64,000 nt of DNA from a virus (taxonomy: Duplodnaviria; Caudoviricetes), in IMG/VR virus record IMGVR_UViG_3300044981_000214; one strand, given 5' to 3'. Below the pieces are notes generated by a model. It saw only the letters and a list, made by a program, of their open reading frames with translations, was not told where the DNA came from and made no database searches. Position 1 is the stretch's first letter, and each line of letters starts with the position of its first letter. Position numbers and translations under genes: made by a program. This document shows, one piece after another, positions 1 to 9,264 of the stretch.

Positions 1-108
1 ATAAACGTAACGGCCTTGTTCTATGCGATGGCCGATTCGTACCGTCGCATGTTGACCGTCGTCGGCTGGTTGGCGAGCAGACCTAAACCTGCTAGTCAGA
101 AATACGCA

Positions 109-393
109 ATGGCTCGCAAACTGGCAGTCGTCGATCCTACTCAGCCCAATCCTGTATTGTGCCAAGACCTCGATCTTGATAACGTTGAAGAGTTTAAACG
201 CCTAGACTGCCGTCGGTACGAGAATTGTCTGACTATTGCAGCTAACAAAAACTTCGCGCAGTTTACTTGCAATGAGTGCAAGGCCTACGTCAAAGAAGCT
301 CCTCGTGGGCCAGTAACCGTCAACAGTGAGCTAGCTACTTTTGCGGCTGCGATTTCTTTACTGACAGACCACGACTCTGATATAGACATCTGA
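109..393 (+). CDS. 4-Cys metal-binding hypothetical protein (ORF track starts at 16)
   Basis: CxxYxxC...CxxC pattern; ATG at 109 chosen over TTG at 16. Confidence 0.6.
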   Translation: MARKLAVVDPTQPNPVLCQDLDLDNVEEFKRLDCRRYENCLTIAANKNFAQFTCNECKAYVKEAPRGPVTVNSELATFAAAISLLTDHDSDIDI

Positions 394-423
394 GGATAAA
401 TAACCTGCGAGGCGACATGCCGC

Positions 424-1305
424 ATGCCATCAACCGATAAACTTGAATCAGCTATAACCAACGCAAGAAAATTTCGGCCACGAACGCGAGAGTTATACCT
501 TCAACACGTTCGCGGTTTCTTGCGCTTTGGTACAGGCAAACGCAAAGTTGACTTAGAACGCGTCGAGCTTTGGCGCGATAGCATGGTCGATCGCGGGGTG
601 GCACCGCAAAGCATTAACGTTGCGTTGAATGCCTTACGGTTCGCTGTAAAGACGGCAGGCTTTACCTTCGGTGACGACATTCAAACCGTGCCCGTACCCG
701 ATAAGGTAACTAGGAAAAGGAATCGGGCTCTGACCTGGAACGAAAGTATTAAGCTGTTAAATTCTTGCGCTACAGATCAGCCGCGGGACATTCGCGATAG
801 AGCCATCATCACACTTGGCTTACGTACTGGCATGTTGCGCTTCAGCCTATGCCAGTTGAAACTAGACGATATAGACAGCGGGACTTTGACTTTCGTGAAA
901 AAAGGCGGACGGAAGCATATTATCAGTCTAGACCACTGTACCGTTGTAGCGTTAACGGCATGGACCGACTGGCTAGCTTCAAATGGCGTGACTTCTGGTC
1001 CGTTGTTTAGAAGCCTCAGTAGACCAACGGCACGGAGTCTGGCTATCGGCCAGCCAAGAGTAGAAATAGGTGGTCTACTGACGCCTGACGGCTTATATCG
1101 AGCGTTCAAGCTTCGAGCGGAGTACGCCGGTATCGACGACTTGAATCCTAACATTTTTCGTCAAACGTTCATCGAGTGGTCCAAGAAAGCCGGGGCTAGT
1201 GCGTCGCAAATCGCGGCTGTCACTGGACATAAATCAGACGGTAACGAGAATAACCGTGAAGGACCTCCTGCCAATTTCTTACTCGACGGTTGGAAACATG
1301 ACTAA
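424..1305 (+). CDS. XerC/D-like tyrosine recombinase, apparently catalytically degenerate
   Basis: N-terminal core-binding domain (PQSINVALNALR); RDRAIITLGLRTGMLR, KKGGR, PNIFRQ (normally PHxxRH), TGH; no Tyr after TGH. Confidence 0.85.
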   Translation: MPSTDKLESAITNARKFRPRTRELYLQHVRGFLRFGTGKRKVDLERVELWRDSMVDRGVAPQSINVALNALRFAVKTAGFTFGDDIQTVPVPDKVTRKRNRALTWNESIKLLNSCATDQPRDIRDRAIITLGLRTGMLRFSLCQLKLDDIDSGTLTFVKKGGRKHIISLDHCTVVALTAWTDWLASNGVTSGPLFRSLSRPTARSLAIGQPRVEIGGLLTPDGLYRAFKLRAEYAGIDDLNPNIFRQTFIEWSKKAGASASQIAAVTGHKSDGNENNREGPPANFLLDGWKHD

Positions 1306-1450
1306 GCTAACCTACACTATAGTACAGCTTCTCAAGGAGTGCCATAAGTGTCACGGCAATGGCTTTTATCTTGAGAAACAAGGGCACGCATTTGTCGTTA
1401 TGCGCTGCAGTTGTTTAGCACGTTTGTTTAGTCGAGCACAATTCGCATGA
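1298..1450 (+). CDS. small zinc-finger protein
   Basis: CHKCHGNG...CSC; ATG overlaps the end of the recombinase gene. Confidence 0.55.
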   Translation: MTKLTYTIVQLLKECHKCHGNGFYLEKQGHAFVVMRCSCLARLFSRAQFA

Positions 1451-1638
1451 AGACCGCTGAATTGCGTGAATGGGCCGAATACTGGACCAAGCAACCTGAC
1501 CAACCTGAGTATCCTAGGGCTACTGCCGTGCTTGAGTTGCTTGCTGTACTCGAAACGCTACTTCTTGAGCGTAAGGGACTCCGAGCTGAAGTTGAGCGTT
1601 TGACGGAGACTGTTAAACTTATGGAGACATACGATTAA
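1447..1638 (+). CDS. hypothetical phage protein (coiled coil)
   Basis: ATGA-coupled ORF; LRAEVERL. Confidence 0.6.
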   Translation: MKTAELREWAEYWTKQPDQPEYPRATAVLELLAVLETLLLERKGLRAEVERLTETVKLMETYD

Positions 1639-2087
1639 TGGCAACGACATTACCTATAGCTAGCGAGGAAGAACCTGAATACAAGTGGCGTAAGACTAAC
1701 GTCACTGACGTCATTATTCCTATCAATCTATTCATCGCTGGAGTACGCGCAGGGGTCTTCAAAGACGGTTATGGTGAATGCGTTGTCGAGGATAATGTAT
1801 CGAACATCCGGATCTATCCACAAGATTTAAGCAGGCCTAGCCAAACTACACACGTCTGTTGGCACGCTGCTAACGACGAGCCTTCCACGCTATCAGCGTG
1901 GCTTGCTATTATTGATAAGCTACTAATTGAACGTGATCGACTGATAGACTTTTATCGACCAGCCTTTGGCGCCACGGTGATCGCACGCTCGGGCCATTAC
2001 GATATTGCATCGGTAATGAAAGAAGAACGCGAGCACGTACTCACACGTGAAGGACTCGCGTCACTAGAAGAGGCCAAGATAAAGTGA
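1638..2087 (+). CDS. hypothetical protein
   Basis: coupled ORF in + strand run. Confidence 0.6.
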   Translation: MATTLPIASEEEPEYKWRKTNVTDVIIPINLFIAGVRAGVFKDGYGECVVEDNVSNIRIYPQDLSRPSQTTHVCWHAANDEPSTLSAWLAIIDKLLIERDRLIDFYRPAFGATVIARSGHYDIASVMKEEREHVLTREGLASLEEAKIK

Positions 2088-2284
2088 CAACTATCCAGAA
2101 AGTTTGTCTCGTCTGTGGTCATAAGTGCAAACGTAAGCTACTAGAGAGAATGTATTGCGTAGGCGTTCGAGGTGTTCATGAGACCGCCTCTGAGTTAGCA
2201 TTGTGTCCTTACGGCCACGGTGAAATGGCTAGGGTAGACGGTCTTGTCGAAACTAATGGAGTAGTTACTGGGAGAAGGCTATGA
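2084..2284 (+). CDS. small Cys/His-rich hypothetical protein
   Basis: CxxC...CPxGHG; coupled. Confidence 0.55.
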   Translation: MTTIQKVCLVCGHKCKRKLLERMYCVGVRGVHETASELALCPYGHGEMARVDGLVETNGVVTGRRL

Positions 2285-2556
2285 AAAAGCATCCAAGAAA
2301 AATTTGGGCTGCAGGATTCAATTTAGGCGGGTTATGGAATGACGAGCCTATTGCTATGCATTGGGCTTCAGCCCTAGACTGCTGGTACGATGACACAGGA
2401 AATCTGAGCGTCGAGAACCTTGGACTAGATAAGCAAGGCGATGGTTCATTAACAACCTTTAGCTCAACAAACAAACGAGAAGTCGAGATTTTTCTTCTTG
2501 CCTGTAAGACTGTAGGTGAGGCTGTTAATCGCTTGTTCGTGATGAGTCACGGGTAA
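2281..2556 (+). CDS. hypothetical protein
   Basis: coupled ORF. Confidence 0.55.
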   Translation: MKKHPRKIWAAGFNLGGLWNDEPIAMHWASALDCWYDDTGNLSVENLGLDKQGDGSLTTFSSTNKREVEIFLLACKTVGEAVNRLFVMSHG

Positions 2557-3890
2557 TGACGCTTTTCAATTTCGATCGTGCTCACACTGCTCGCGTCGAT
2601 TACGTAGCATCGAATCTACGCGCTTGGCCTCAGGGCGTACCTCTTTCACTCAAGAAGGGTACACCGGCACATCAGGTCCCTAAGTTAGTTGACTTCCGTC
2701 GAGACGACGCCAAACTCGACGTTTCAGCGCTAAATCGAATTCTGACTATTGATCCAGTAAAACGTATTTGTGTAGCTGAATCGGGCGTGACATTCGATCA
2801 GCTTGTACGCGCTTGTCTACGCCATGGGCTCATGCCTATTATTGTCCCCGAGCTGTCGTCAATTACGATTGGTGGTGCTGTAACAGGCTGTTCTTTAGAG
2901 TCCGCGTCGTTCCGCTACGGCGGATTTCATGACACTTGTCTCGCATACGAAATAGTCACGACAGCCGGAGACGTAATCCACTGCACGCCAGACAACGCCC
3001 ACGCTTTCGTATTCGAGATGATGCACGGGTCGTTCGGGACATTAGGCGTACTTACCGCCCTCATGTTTCGATTGATCCCAGCAAGAAAACATGTAGCCGT
3101 CAGCTATACGCGCTACGATAAATTATCCGACTACCTAGCAGCTATTCAAAATAACTGCGCCTTAGATAGCCAAGCTGATTTCGTAGATGGGATCATGCAT
3201 GCACCGGACTGCTATGCATTAGCTGTAGGGACGTTTGCCGACATCGTGCCCTATACACATTCCTACGATTGGACTAGGGTCTATTACAAGTCCACCAGGA
3301 CTCGAACTGAAGATTACCTGCGAACCTATGACTACCTATTTCGCTACGACCGTGGTGTCACCAACGTAACACCGTCTTCATGGGTGGGGAGATTGCTATT
3401 CGGTCGGTTTGCGACTTCCAAGCGGGTCATGTGGCTAGCCAATAAGTTCCCGTGGTTAGCAGGGCGTGATAGACCTAAAGTAACACTTGATGTATTTGTA
3501 CCACTGTCGCGTGTGCCGGACTTCATGCAGTGGTATACTGGCAAAGTCAATCACTTCCCACTATGGGCTGTGCCCTATCGACGAGTTCGAGATTACCCCT
3601 GGCTCACACCTAGTGTCTATGAAGGTCTTACCGATGAGTTGTTTCTTGATATTGCCATCTATGGTATGGCTCAACCGGATAATGTAAACGTGTATCGCGA
3701 GATCGAGAAAGAGTTGATGGCTATCGGCGGTGTCAAGACGCTAATCGCGCACAATTACTACTCGAAGAGTGAGTTCTGGCAGACCTGGAATCAAGAAAAT
3801 CATCTAAAGGCTAAAGCTATTACAGACCCAAGAAATAGGCTACGTGACTTGTATGAGAAGACTTGTCGAGCAGCGATGGGGCTAAAGTGA
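2556..3890 (+). CDS. FAD-binding (PCMH-type) oxidoreductase, DHCR24 / Rv3719-like
   Basis: AESGVTFDQL, PIIVPELSSITIGGAVTGCSLESASFRYGGFHDT, GSFGTLG, C-terminal DP.NRLRDLYEK. Confidence 0.9.
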   Translation: MTLFNFDRAHTARVDYVASNLRAWPQGVPLSLKKGTPAHQVPKLVDFRRDDAKLDVSALNRILTIDPVKRICVAESGVTFDQLVRACLRHGLMPIIVPELSSITIGGAVTGCSLESASFRYGGFHDTCLAYEIVTTAGDVIHCTPDNAHAFVFEMMHGSFGTLGVLTALMFRLIPARKHVAVSYTRYDKLSDYLAAIQNNCALDSQADFVDGIMHAPDCYALAVGTFADIVPYTHSYDWTRVYYKSTRTRTEDYLRTYDYLFRYDRGVTNVTPSSWVGRLLFGRFATSKRVMWLANKFPWLAGRDRPKVTLDVFVPLSRVPDFMQWYTGKVNHFPLWAVPYRRVRDYPWLTPSVYEGLTDELFLDIAIYGMAQPDNVNVYREIEKELMAIGGVKTLIAHNYYSKSEFWQTWNQENHLKAKAITDPRNRLRDLYEKTCRAAMGLK

Positions 3891-4081
3891 TATACACAAT
3901 TGAGGATTGTCTCGTGGTTTTATTAGGGCTAATTATATTGGTTATCGGGGTAGTCGCGGTATCGGGATCTTGGGGAGCAACGATAAAACCTGTTAATCAA
4001 TCAACGCGTATAGTTACTAAGCCCGCTCCGCTTCCTATCGCTACAGTGCTTAAGAGGACACGTGAACAACAAAGACGCTAA
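3887..4081 (+). CDS. small single-pass membrane protein
   Basis: hydrophobic N-terminal segment; GTGA overlap. Confidence 0.5.
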   Translation: MIYTIEDCLVVLLGLIILVIGVVAVSGSWGATIKPVNQSTRIVTKPAPLPIATVLKRTREQQRR

Positions 4082-4376
4082 AGAACAAGCTACTCAATGG
4101 TTTGCCGAGTGGCAGGCACACTTTGATCGAGGCGCCAATTCCGATGGCATTGACGGTATCTACGATAATTTAGACGACGCACTTCTAGACGGTCACTTTG
4201 AAGTCGTTCGTGAAGTGTTTAAACTAGCGCTTGTGAAGACTACCCTGCGACGTTCAGGGTACCTGTCCATGTTGACGATCAGCAGGCCGTGGCGAGCTAA
4301 GCTTCAGCCCGAGTTCGATGCACTTCGCGATGCACAGCCGCGGGAACTTGTAAGACATCTTTATACAACTACCTAA
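4062..4376 (+). CDS. hypothetical protein
   Basis: RBS AGAGG before GTG. Confidence 0.6.
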   Translation: MNNKDAKEQATQWFAEWQAHFDRGANSDGIDGIYDNLDDALLDGHFEVVREVFKLALVKTTLRRSGYLSMLTISRPWRAKLQPEFDALRDAQPRELVRHLYTTT

Positions 4377-4398
4377 CCACAATAATTACGGTAATTTA

Positions 4399-4713
4399 AT
4401 GAGCAACAACACTGATCAGCCTATACCAATCCGACCATTTAACCCTCCAACAACTTCTCCTCAAGCCATTGAACAAATTACGTGGTTCTCTGACCGGATT
4501 CTGTTCGAGCTTATCCGTGAGACTGATGACGAAGATGTTGTTGAATGGGAGCGTACTTTATCGCGTACGCAGAATGGCGATTTCAATCAGACCCATTTCA
4601 ATGACAATTGCAAGACCATGCACAATGAAGCATATAGGTTAGCGACAAGAGAAGAAGACCGAACCGAACATCGTGAACGAAGACTCGCACGCAAGCGTGC
4701 TCAAGTAGGCTAA
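4399..4713 (+). CDS. hypothetical protein
   Basis: ORF in + run. Confidence 0.55.
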   Translation: MSNNTDQPIPIRPFNPPTTSPQAIEQITWFSDRILFELIRETDDEDVVEWERTLSRTQNGDFNQTHFNDNCKTMHNEAYRLATREEDRTEHRERRLARKRAQVG

Positions 4714-4737
4714 AATCTCTACTCAAGGACTTAATTT

Positions 4738-5034
4738 ATGAACCTCAAAGAGCTTCAGCAAGAAGTAAACAAGCGGTGGACGCTTCAGTGCGGCAACCCG
4801 TGCCATAAGTCAGCTGATCCCGGACACGCTCTTGTGCACATGACCAAAGCGCTGGGCAAGATAGCGTCTGCATTCAATGACGCTGAGCACGAACAGCGCG
4901 AAGTCCGTTCTGACGAAGTAGGAAAGTATTTGGCTGATCTAGTTATTTGCGCTGCGCGCTTTGCACAGGACAACATCGATCTCGATGAAGCATGTCTGCG
5001 ACGATTGGCCGAGAAGTTTACACTGAACGTCTAA
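4738..5034 (+). CDS. MazG-like all-alpha NTP-PPase fold protein with Glu to Lys substitutions
   Basis: MNLKELQ, HMTKALGKIASA, KYLADLVI, IDLDEA..RRL match MazG helix spacing, but the EExxE residues are absent. Confidence 0.65.
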   Translation: MNLKELQQEVNKRWTLQCGNPCHKSADPGHALVHMTKALGKIASAFNDAEHEQREVRSDEVGKYLADLVICAARFAQDNIDLDEACLRRLAEKFTLNV

Positions 5035-5360
5035 TGTCTCTCGCGGCCGACCTTTTCGACGCTACCGTCAGGATGACTCTTGCTGAAGATCGAGTCACTG
5101 AGGCGTTGATTGCATTGGTCGGTATCGAGAACTGGGACGACTTTACTAGTGACTACTACGACGAATCGATCGAGATCTACGGGTGCAAGTTTGTGCTGGC
5201 TGACGCCGAGAAAGAAAATGCAATCTCCGACGAGATTGCAGCAGGTATAGGTGCTATGGGATTTGCGAGAGCCTGGATTCATCCCCATGAGAAAGATGAA
5301 CGTTACCCCAAAGGCTGCTTGTGTAGGAGTATCGTTCTGCCACAAGTTAAATCAAAATGA
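5034..5360 (+). CDS. hypothetical protein
   Basis: TAATG coupling. Confidence 0.55.
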   Translation: MSLAADLFDATVRMTLAEDRVTEALIALVGIENWDDFTSDYYDESIEIYGCKFVLADAEKENAISDEIAAGIGAMGFARAWIHPHEKDERYPKGCLCRSIVLPQVKSK

Positions 5361-5795
5361 AGTTATTAGGCACGCGATACGTTCACGATGACGGAACCGA
5401 ACTAACAATGGAGGAGCTGTGTCTGCACGTGAAACGTGGGACATACCCGATCCCAATGTCTGGAGAACCTCCACACTGCAGTAACTGTGGTTGCTCTGAG
5501 AGCATGCACAACCGACCAGGGTACAATCGCGGTAGCACGCATTGGGGACCTGGATGTGACATTCACAATGATCATTGGCTACTGTTGGGGTGGATTCGAT
5601 TTAGCGCCCGGCGGAACGCATACAAGTACCTGTACGCATCGCAACGGCTGTAAAGAGTGGTGTCCCTACAGAGACGAGATAGTTGCTTGTGATGCAGAAG
5701 AGCAAGGTGATCTAGCCCTTGCCAAGAAAATTCGCGACAATGCTAAGGCTAGAGGCGACGCGTATAGAGCACGGTTAAATGTTACCAACAGCTAG
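5357..5795 (+). CDS. Cys/His-rich hypothetical protein(s); 5357..5653 and 5568..5795 may be one frameshifted gene
   Basis: two overlapping Cys-rich frames. Confidence 0.4.
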
Positions 5796-5970
5796 ATTAC
5801 GCGGTGATGTGTCCCTCTGGCGCCGCTTCGTTGGTTGGTTGAATGGACCGTCCAGACCGCTCTGTTCAGATTGCAAAGAGCCTCTTGACCCTCATCCAGA
5901 ATACGGAGAAATAGGTTGCCTTTGTGATTACTTCTCCACCGGCAGTAGCATCCACACCTGGAACACATGA
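5779..5970 (+). CDS. small zinc-ribbon protein
   Basis: CSDC...CLC. Confidence 0.5.
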   Translation: MLPTARLRGDVSLWRRFVGWLNGPSRPLCSDCKEPLDPHPEYGEIGCLCDYFSTGSSIHTWNT

Positions 5971-6575
5971 GCACCAAAATCTGGGAAGCCTATAGACTCA
6001 AAAAAGACTATGATCTTTGGGAAGTCACTACGGATCTTCGCCATCGCGCTGAGCGCAACATCAAACGATCGCTTGCTAAGCTCTATCAAGCCTTGGTCGA
6101 AGACGCTAAGAAACAACCCAAAGATCGGGTCTGGTTTCCTCACGAGCAGGATCTGTCCAATTTCTCTATCATGCGTGCTCACGATCATGTGCTCAAAGCA
6201 TATCGCGCAAACTTTGGCCTCCGTGAGCGGGACACTTTCGATTTCGACGTATCGATTACGATTCGGCGTACGCTGAGAGGCAAACGATATCTATTGATTC
6301 CTTATCCTGGGTCGTCAGGAATTACAGGTAACGCGCTCCACTTCATGCGTAAGCACGAAGCCCTTGAGGACTATCACTTCCAGGACCAAAGCGATCAGCC
6401 TGACAATATTTCTTCCCGAGAATGGCATGAACGAGGACGGACTTGGGCGCCACTACTTGAAGACAGCAGATGGCGTGACATCTTCTTGATCGAGGTTCTA
6501 TCCGTCAGTAACTTTTGGACGGTATCGCCAGCATACGACATGATGCTAAAATCCATGAACAGGAAGGCCAAGTGA
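5967..6575 (+). CDS. hypothetical phage protein
   Basis: MSTKIW..Y start, DYHFQDQSDQPD...W motif; coupled. Confidence 0.7.
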   Translation: MSTKIWEAYRLKKDYDLWEVTTDLRHRAERNIKRSLAKLYQALVEDAKKQPKDRVWFPHEQDLSNFSIMRAHDHVLKAYRANFGLRERDTFDFDVSITIRRTLRGKRYLLIPYPGSSGITGNALHFMRKHEALEDYHFQDQSDQPDNISSREWHERGRTWAPLLEDSRWRDIFLIEVLSVSNFWTVSPAYDMMLKSMNRKAK

Positions 6576-6576
6576 T

Positions 6577-6897
6577 ATGGCTGACGGCTGTAAAACGCTA
6601 TTCGACATTGCAGCGTGCATAACGTTATCGCCTGACGGTGGCCCCCGTGAATATCGTCAACGCGGAAAAGAACTGCCCGAGAAATATCTTCCCGGACGTT
6701 ATCTGGCCTGGCTTCAGCCCGAAACGCGTGAAGCGGTTATCAAGGCTGCGAACGGCAAGAATGAAATCGCTCCGTGGGCCTTGAAAAAGATAATCGACGA
6801 TGAAACTGAAACTGACCCGATGAAGAAGGCAGGCCAGTATTTCAAGAACGGTAAACTACCGGCTCCACCACGGGGCTCGGGTCGTCGTCGAGGTTAA
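6577..6897 (+). CDS. hypothetical protein
   Basis: ORF in + run, basic C-terminus. Confidence 0.55.
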   Translation: MADGCKTLFDIAACITLSPDGGPREYRQRGKELPEKYLPGRYLAWLQPETREAVIKAANGKNEIAPWALKKIIDDETETDPMKKAGQYFKNGKLPAPPRGSGRRRG

Positions 6898-6900
6898 CCA

Positions 6901-7203
6901 GTGACTGAATCTACTTATAGTACTCGCGAGTTTGCTAGGTTTCTATTCCACATAACCTTTGATCTATTAAATCCACCCAATACAGCCAACGTTACTTTAC
7001 TACCTCCCGCAAACTATGTGATGAGGCGCGTCGCTACGGTCTTAGAACGTACGTTAGCGCAGGCGAATGAGCTTAAGCTTGAATACGGTTTAACAGCTAA
7101 TCATTTGCATGCTCTTAGTGCTGTGATGTCAGGTTTAGTTAAGGTACCTGACGATTATACGATGACGATTATACGATTCCTCGTGACAACTACACGCCTG
7201 TAA
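6901..7203 (+). CDS. hypothetical protein
   Basis: GAGG before GTG. Confidence 0.5.
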   Translation: MTESTYSTREFARFLFHITFDLLNPPNTANVTLLPPANYVMRRVATVLERTLAQANELKLEYGLTANHLHALSAVMSGLVKVPDDYTMTIIRFLVTTTRL

Positions 7204-7333
7204 ATCCCGAATCGCCTTGGCTTGCCGTCCATGTAGAATTATTACGGTGCTGTATGTTTGGACAGGGAATGGGCTCTGACTCAGTTGCTAAACGCAGCGA
7301 AATACCGCAGAATGATCAATAAGACAACAACAA

Positions 7334-7567
7334 ATGCCTAATCCAGTTCGCGCTGATCGTTTGACACACAATGAAGAGGCCGTAGCCGACGAGATCGAGA
7401 AAGACCTCGCTAAGCTATTTGACAAATGGGGCTTCAAAGGCTTCCCAAAGAATGTAGTAGTGCCCATGGCATTACTGCTATCTATTGACGAAGCTAAACG
7501 CGCTGGTATCAGCTACAAATCTGTATTAGAGACGGTTCAGATGGTATTTGGGCGTAAGCTAAGTTAA
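7334..7567 (+). CDS. hypothetical protein
   Basis: helical 77-aa ORF. Confidence 0.55.
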   Translation: MPNPVRADRLTHNEEAVADEIEKDLAKLFDKWGFKGFPKNVVVPMALLLSIDEAKRAGISYKSVLETVQMVFGRKLS

Positions 7568-7681
7568 ACTGTATCGTATGCCCTGCACACAAAAAACCCT
7601 TACGGCGGTCCTTTGATCGGAGGTTTGTTAGGTTTGGGAGTTGGGGCGTTACTACCAGCTAAGTGTCAATCTTGAAACCGA

Positions 7682-8380
7682 TTACTTGCGTCGATTTGAC
7701 AGTATCAAAGCAATAGCGCCTATACCTAACAACGCCGCTCCACCGATAGCCAAATACTTGGCGGTTGGACTAGAAAACAGTCCTACGGAACTTGCAGCTG
7801 CCACTGCTGACGGTCCAATAGATGGCACCGACGCCGACTGTGTTCCTTGATAGCAAGGTGACGAAGAAAGATTTGGGTCCGTTGTGACGCCTTGACATGT
7901 AGCAGCGCTGATCGCGTTGCCATTATCATCCAACGGGACAGTACAATTTGGATCGCTACCACACGCACTGATCTGTACCTGCGTTAGTGTACTAGATGTT
8001 TGCGTTGGTCCCTGTGCCTGAGAAGCCATTGCAGTCGCTTGCTGCATCGCCGGTTGTAGAGCGTTACTTACCGCGGGCCAGATTTGGCTGTTACACCCGC
8101 CCGGTAAGAAAGCAGCTGTAGATACTGCACCATCCCCACCTGACAGTGTTAGTGTTAACGTCTGACTACCGTCGTATACACCAGATATCACTACACCGTG
8201 CATACTTGCATTGGCGGACGATACTGAATAATTGTTACCTGACACAGTTACTGTGAAACCGGAGGACTGTAGTATCTGGACTAAGTTTGCCAGAACTTGC
8301 GGTGTGATATTTGAGATTGTTTGCGATCCGCAAGATGACGCGTCTCCAAAACCGGATCCTGTGTATACAGCTTGTAGCAT
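7682..8380 (-). CDS. S/T/G/Q-rich protein with C-terminal TM and basic tail (putative virion membrane protein)
   Basis: N-terminal GFGDA; C-terminal YLAIGGAALLGIGAIALILSNRRK. Confidence 0.75.
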   Translation of the reverse strand: MLQAVYTGSGFGDASSCGSQTISNITPQVLANLVQILQSSGFTVTVSGNNYSVSSANASMHGVVISGVYDGSQTLTLTLSGGDGAVSTAAFLPGGCNSQIWPAVSNALQPAMQQATAMASQAQGPTQTSSTLTQVQISACGSDPNCTVPLDDNGNAISAATCQGVTTDPNLSSSPCYQGTQSASVPSIGPSAVAAASSVGLFSSPTAKYLAIGGAALLGIGAIALILSNRRK

Positions 8381-8385
8381 ATTCC

Positions 8386-9264
8386 TCAGCCCTTTCTTCG
8401 TATACGCTTACGACGTCGTTGTGTGCCAAAGCCGGAATTCATACGACGTTTGGCTATGTAGTAAGCTGTATAGCCAATCAATGCCAAACCTGCTATTGTC
8501 AATATCCCGTAGATTATCTGTTGTCCCTTAGTCAACGACCCTGCGGTAGCTGCAACCCCACCTTGTTCGAGATCTGCGTCACCAGGACCTATGCTCGTAT
8601 CCGTGCTCGCACTTCCCGAAGCATCAATTGTTGCTTGTTGTACAACCGCGCCCGATCCCATCGTTGCATTGTTAATCAATGACAGATACAAATTTTGTGC
8701 AAACGGTACGGCGCCGGCTGCCTGGAAATGGACACCGTCAGCTGTACGATTATCGGTGCTGGATATAAGGCGGCTATCGATTACATGATCAGCCCCAAAT
8801 ACATTCTGCAGCGTGCTATAGACTACTTGAGCTTGGGCATTACGATTTGCATCAGCAAATATGGGCGGTCCGATTGCCCATGCCTCGGCGTTAGGGAAAG
8901 CTTGACGGATTTGAGTAAAGGCGTTGGCATCTGCAGTAGGATCGAGCCCAAGGTCATTGGTACCAAGAAATACGACTAACTGTGTAGGAGAAAAAACTTG
9001 GTCGGAACTAATCAAGTCTACACCAGTATGAAACTGATACCGTGCACCACCAGTCCAGAAATTTGGCGCAGACCTGCTAACGTTGGCATCGATACGAACG
9101 CCTTGTGCACCGTTTTCCCATAGCATGGACGCTAACAAGTCGCCGGGAGCGGAGCTAGCACGCGTTGAACCTTGATTTACGTCCCAGATTTCTGGATCCG
9201 AGTCAAGACCGTGATGGGAAAGTGAGTCTCCGAACAGCAGTATGCGTTCGCCTTGAACGTTCAC
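8386..9264 (-). CDS. SGNH/GDSL hydrolase with C-terminal TM anchor
   Basis: FGDSL (block I), LGTND (block III), DGVH (block V); TM followed by KRR...GFG...RRRKRIRRK. Confidence 0.85.
   Translation of the reverse strand: MNVQGERILLFGDSLSHHGLDSDPEIWDVNQGSTRASSAPGDLLASMLWENGAQGVRIDANVSRSAPNFWTGGARYQFHTGVDLISSDQVFSPTQLVVFLGTNDLGLDPTADANAFTQIRQAFPNAEAWAIGPPIFADANRNAQAQVVYSTLQNVFGADHVIDSRLISSTDNRTADGVHFQAAGAVPFAQNLYLSLINNATMGSGAVVQQATIDASGSASTDTSIGPGDADLEQGGVAATAGSLTKGQQIIYGILTIAGLALIGYTAYYIAKRRMNSGFGTQRRRKRIRRKG

Noticed and set aside
2950-2976. GAAATA-N16-ACGTA inside the FAD oxidoreductase gene
   Set aside because: Intragenic, off-spacing and with no downstream start; probably chance.
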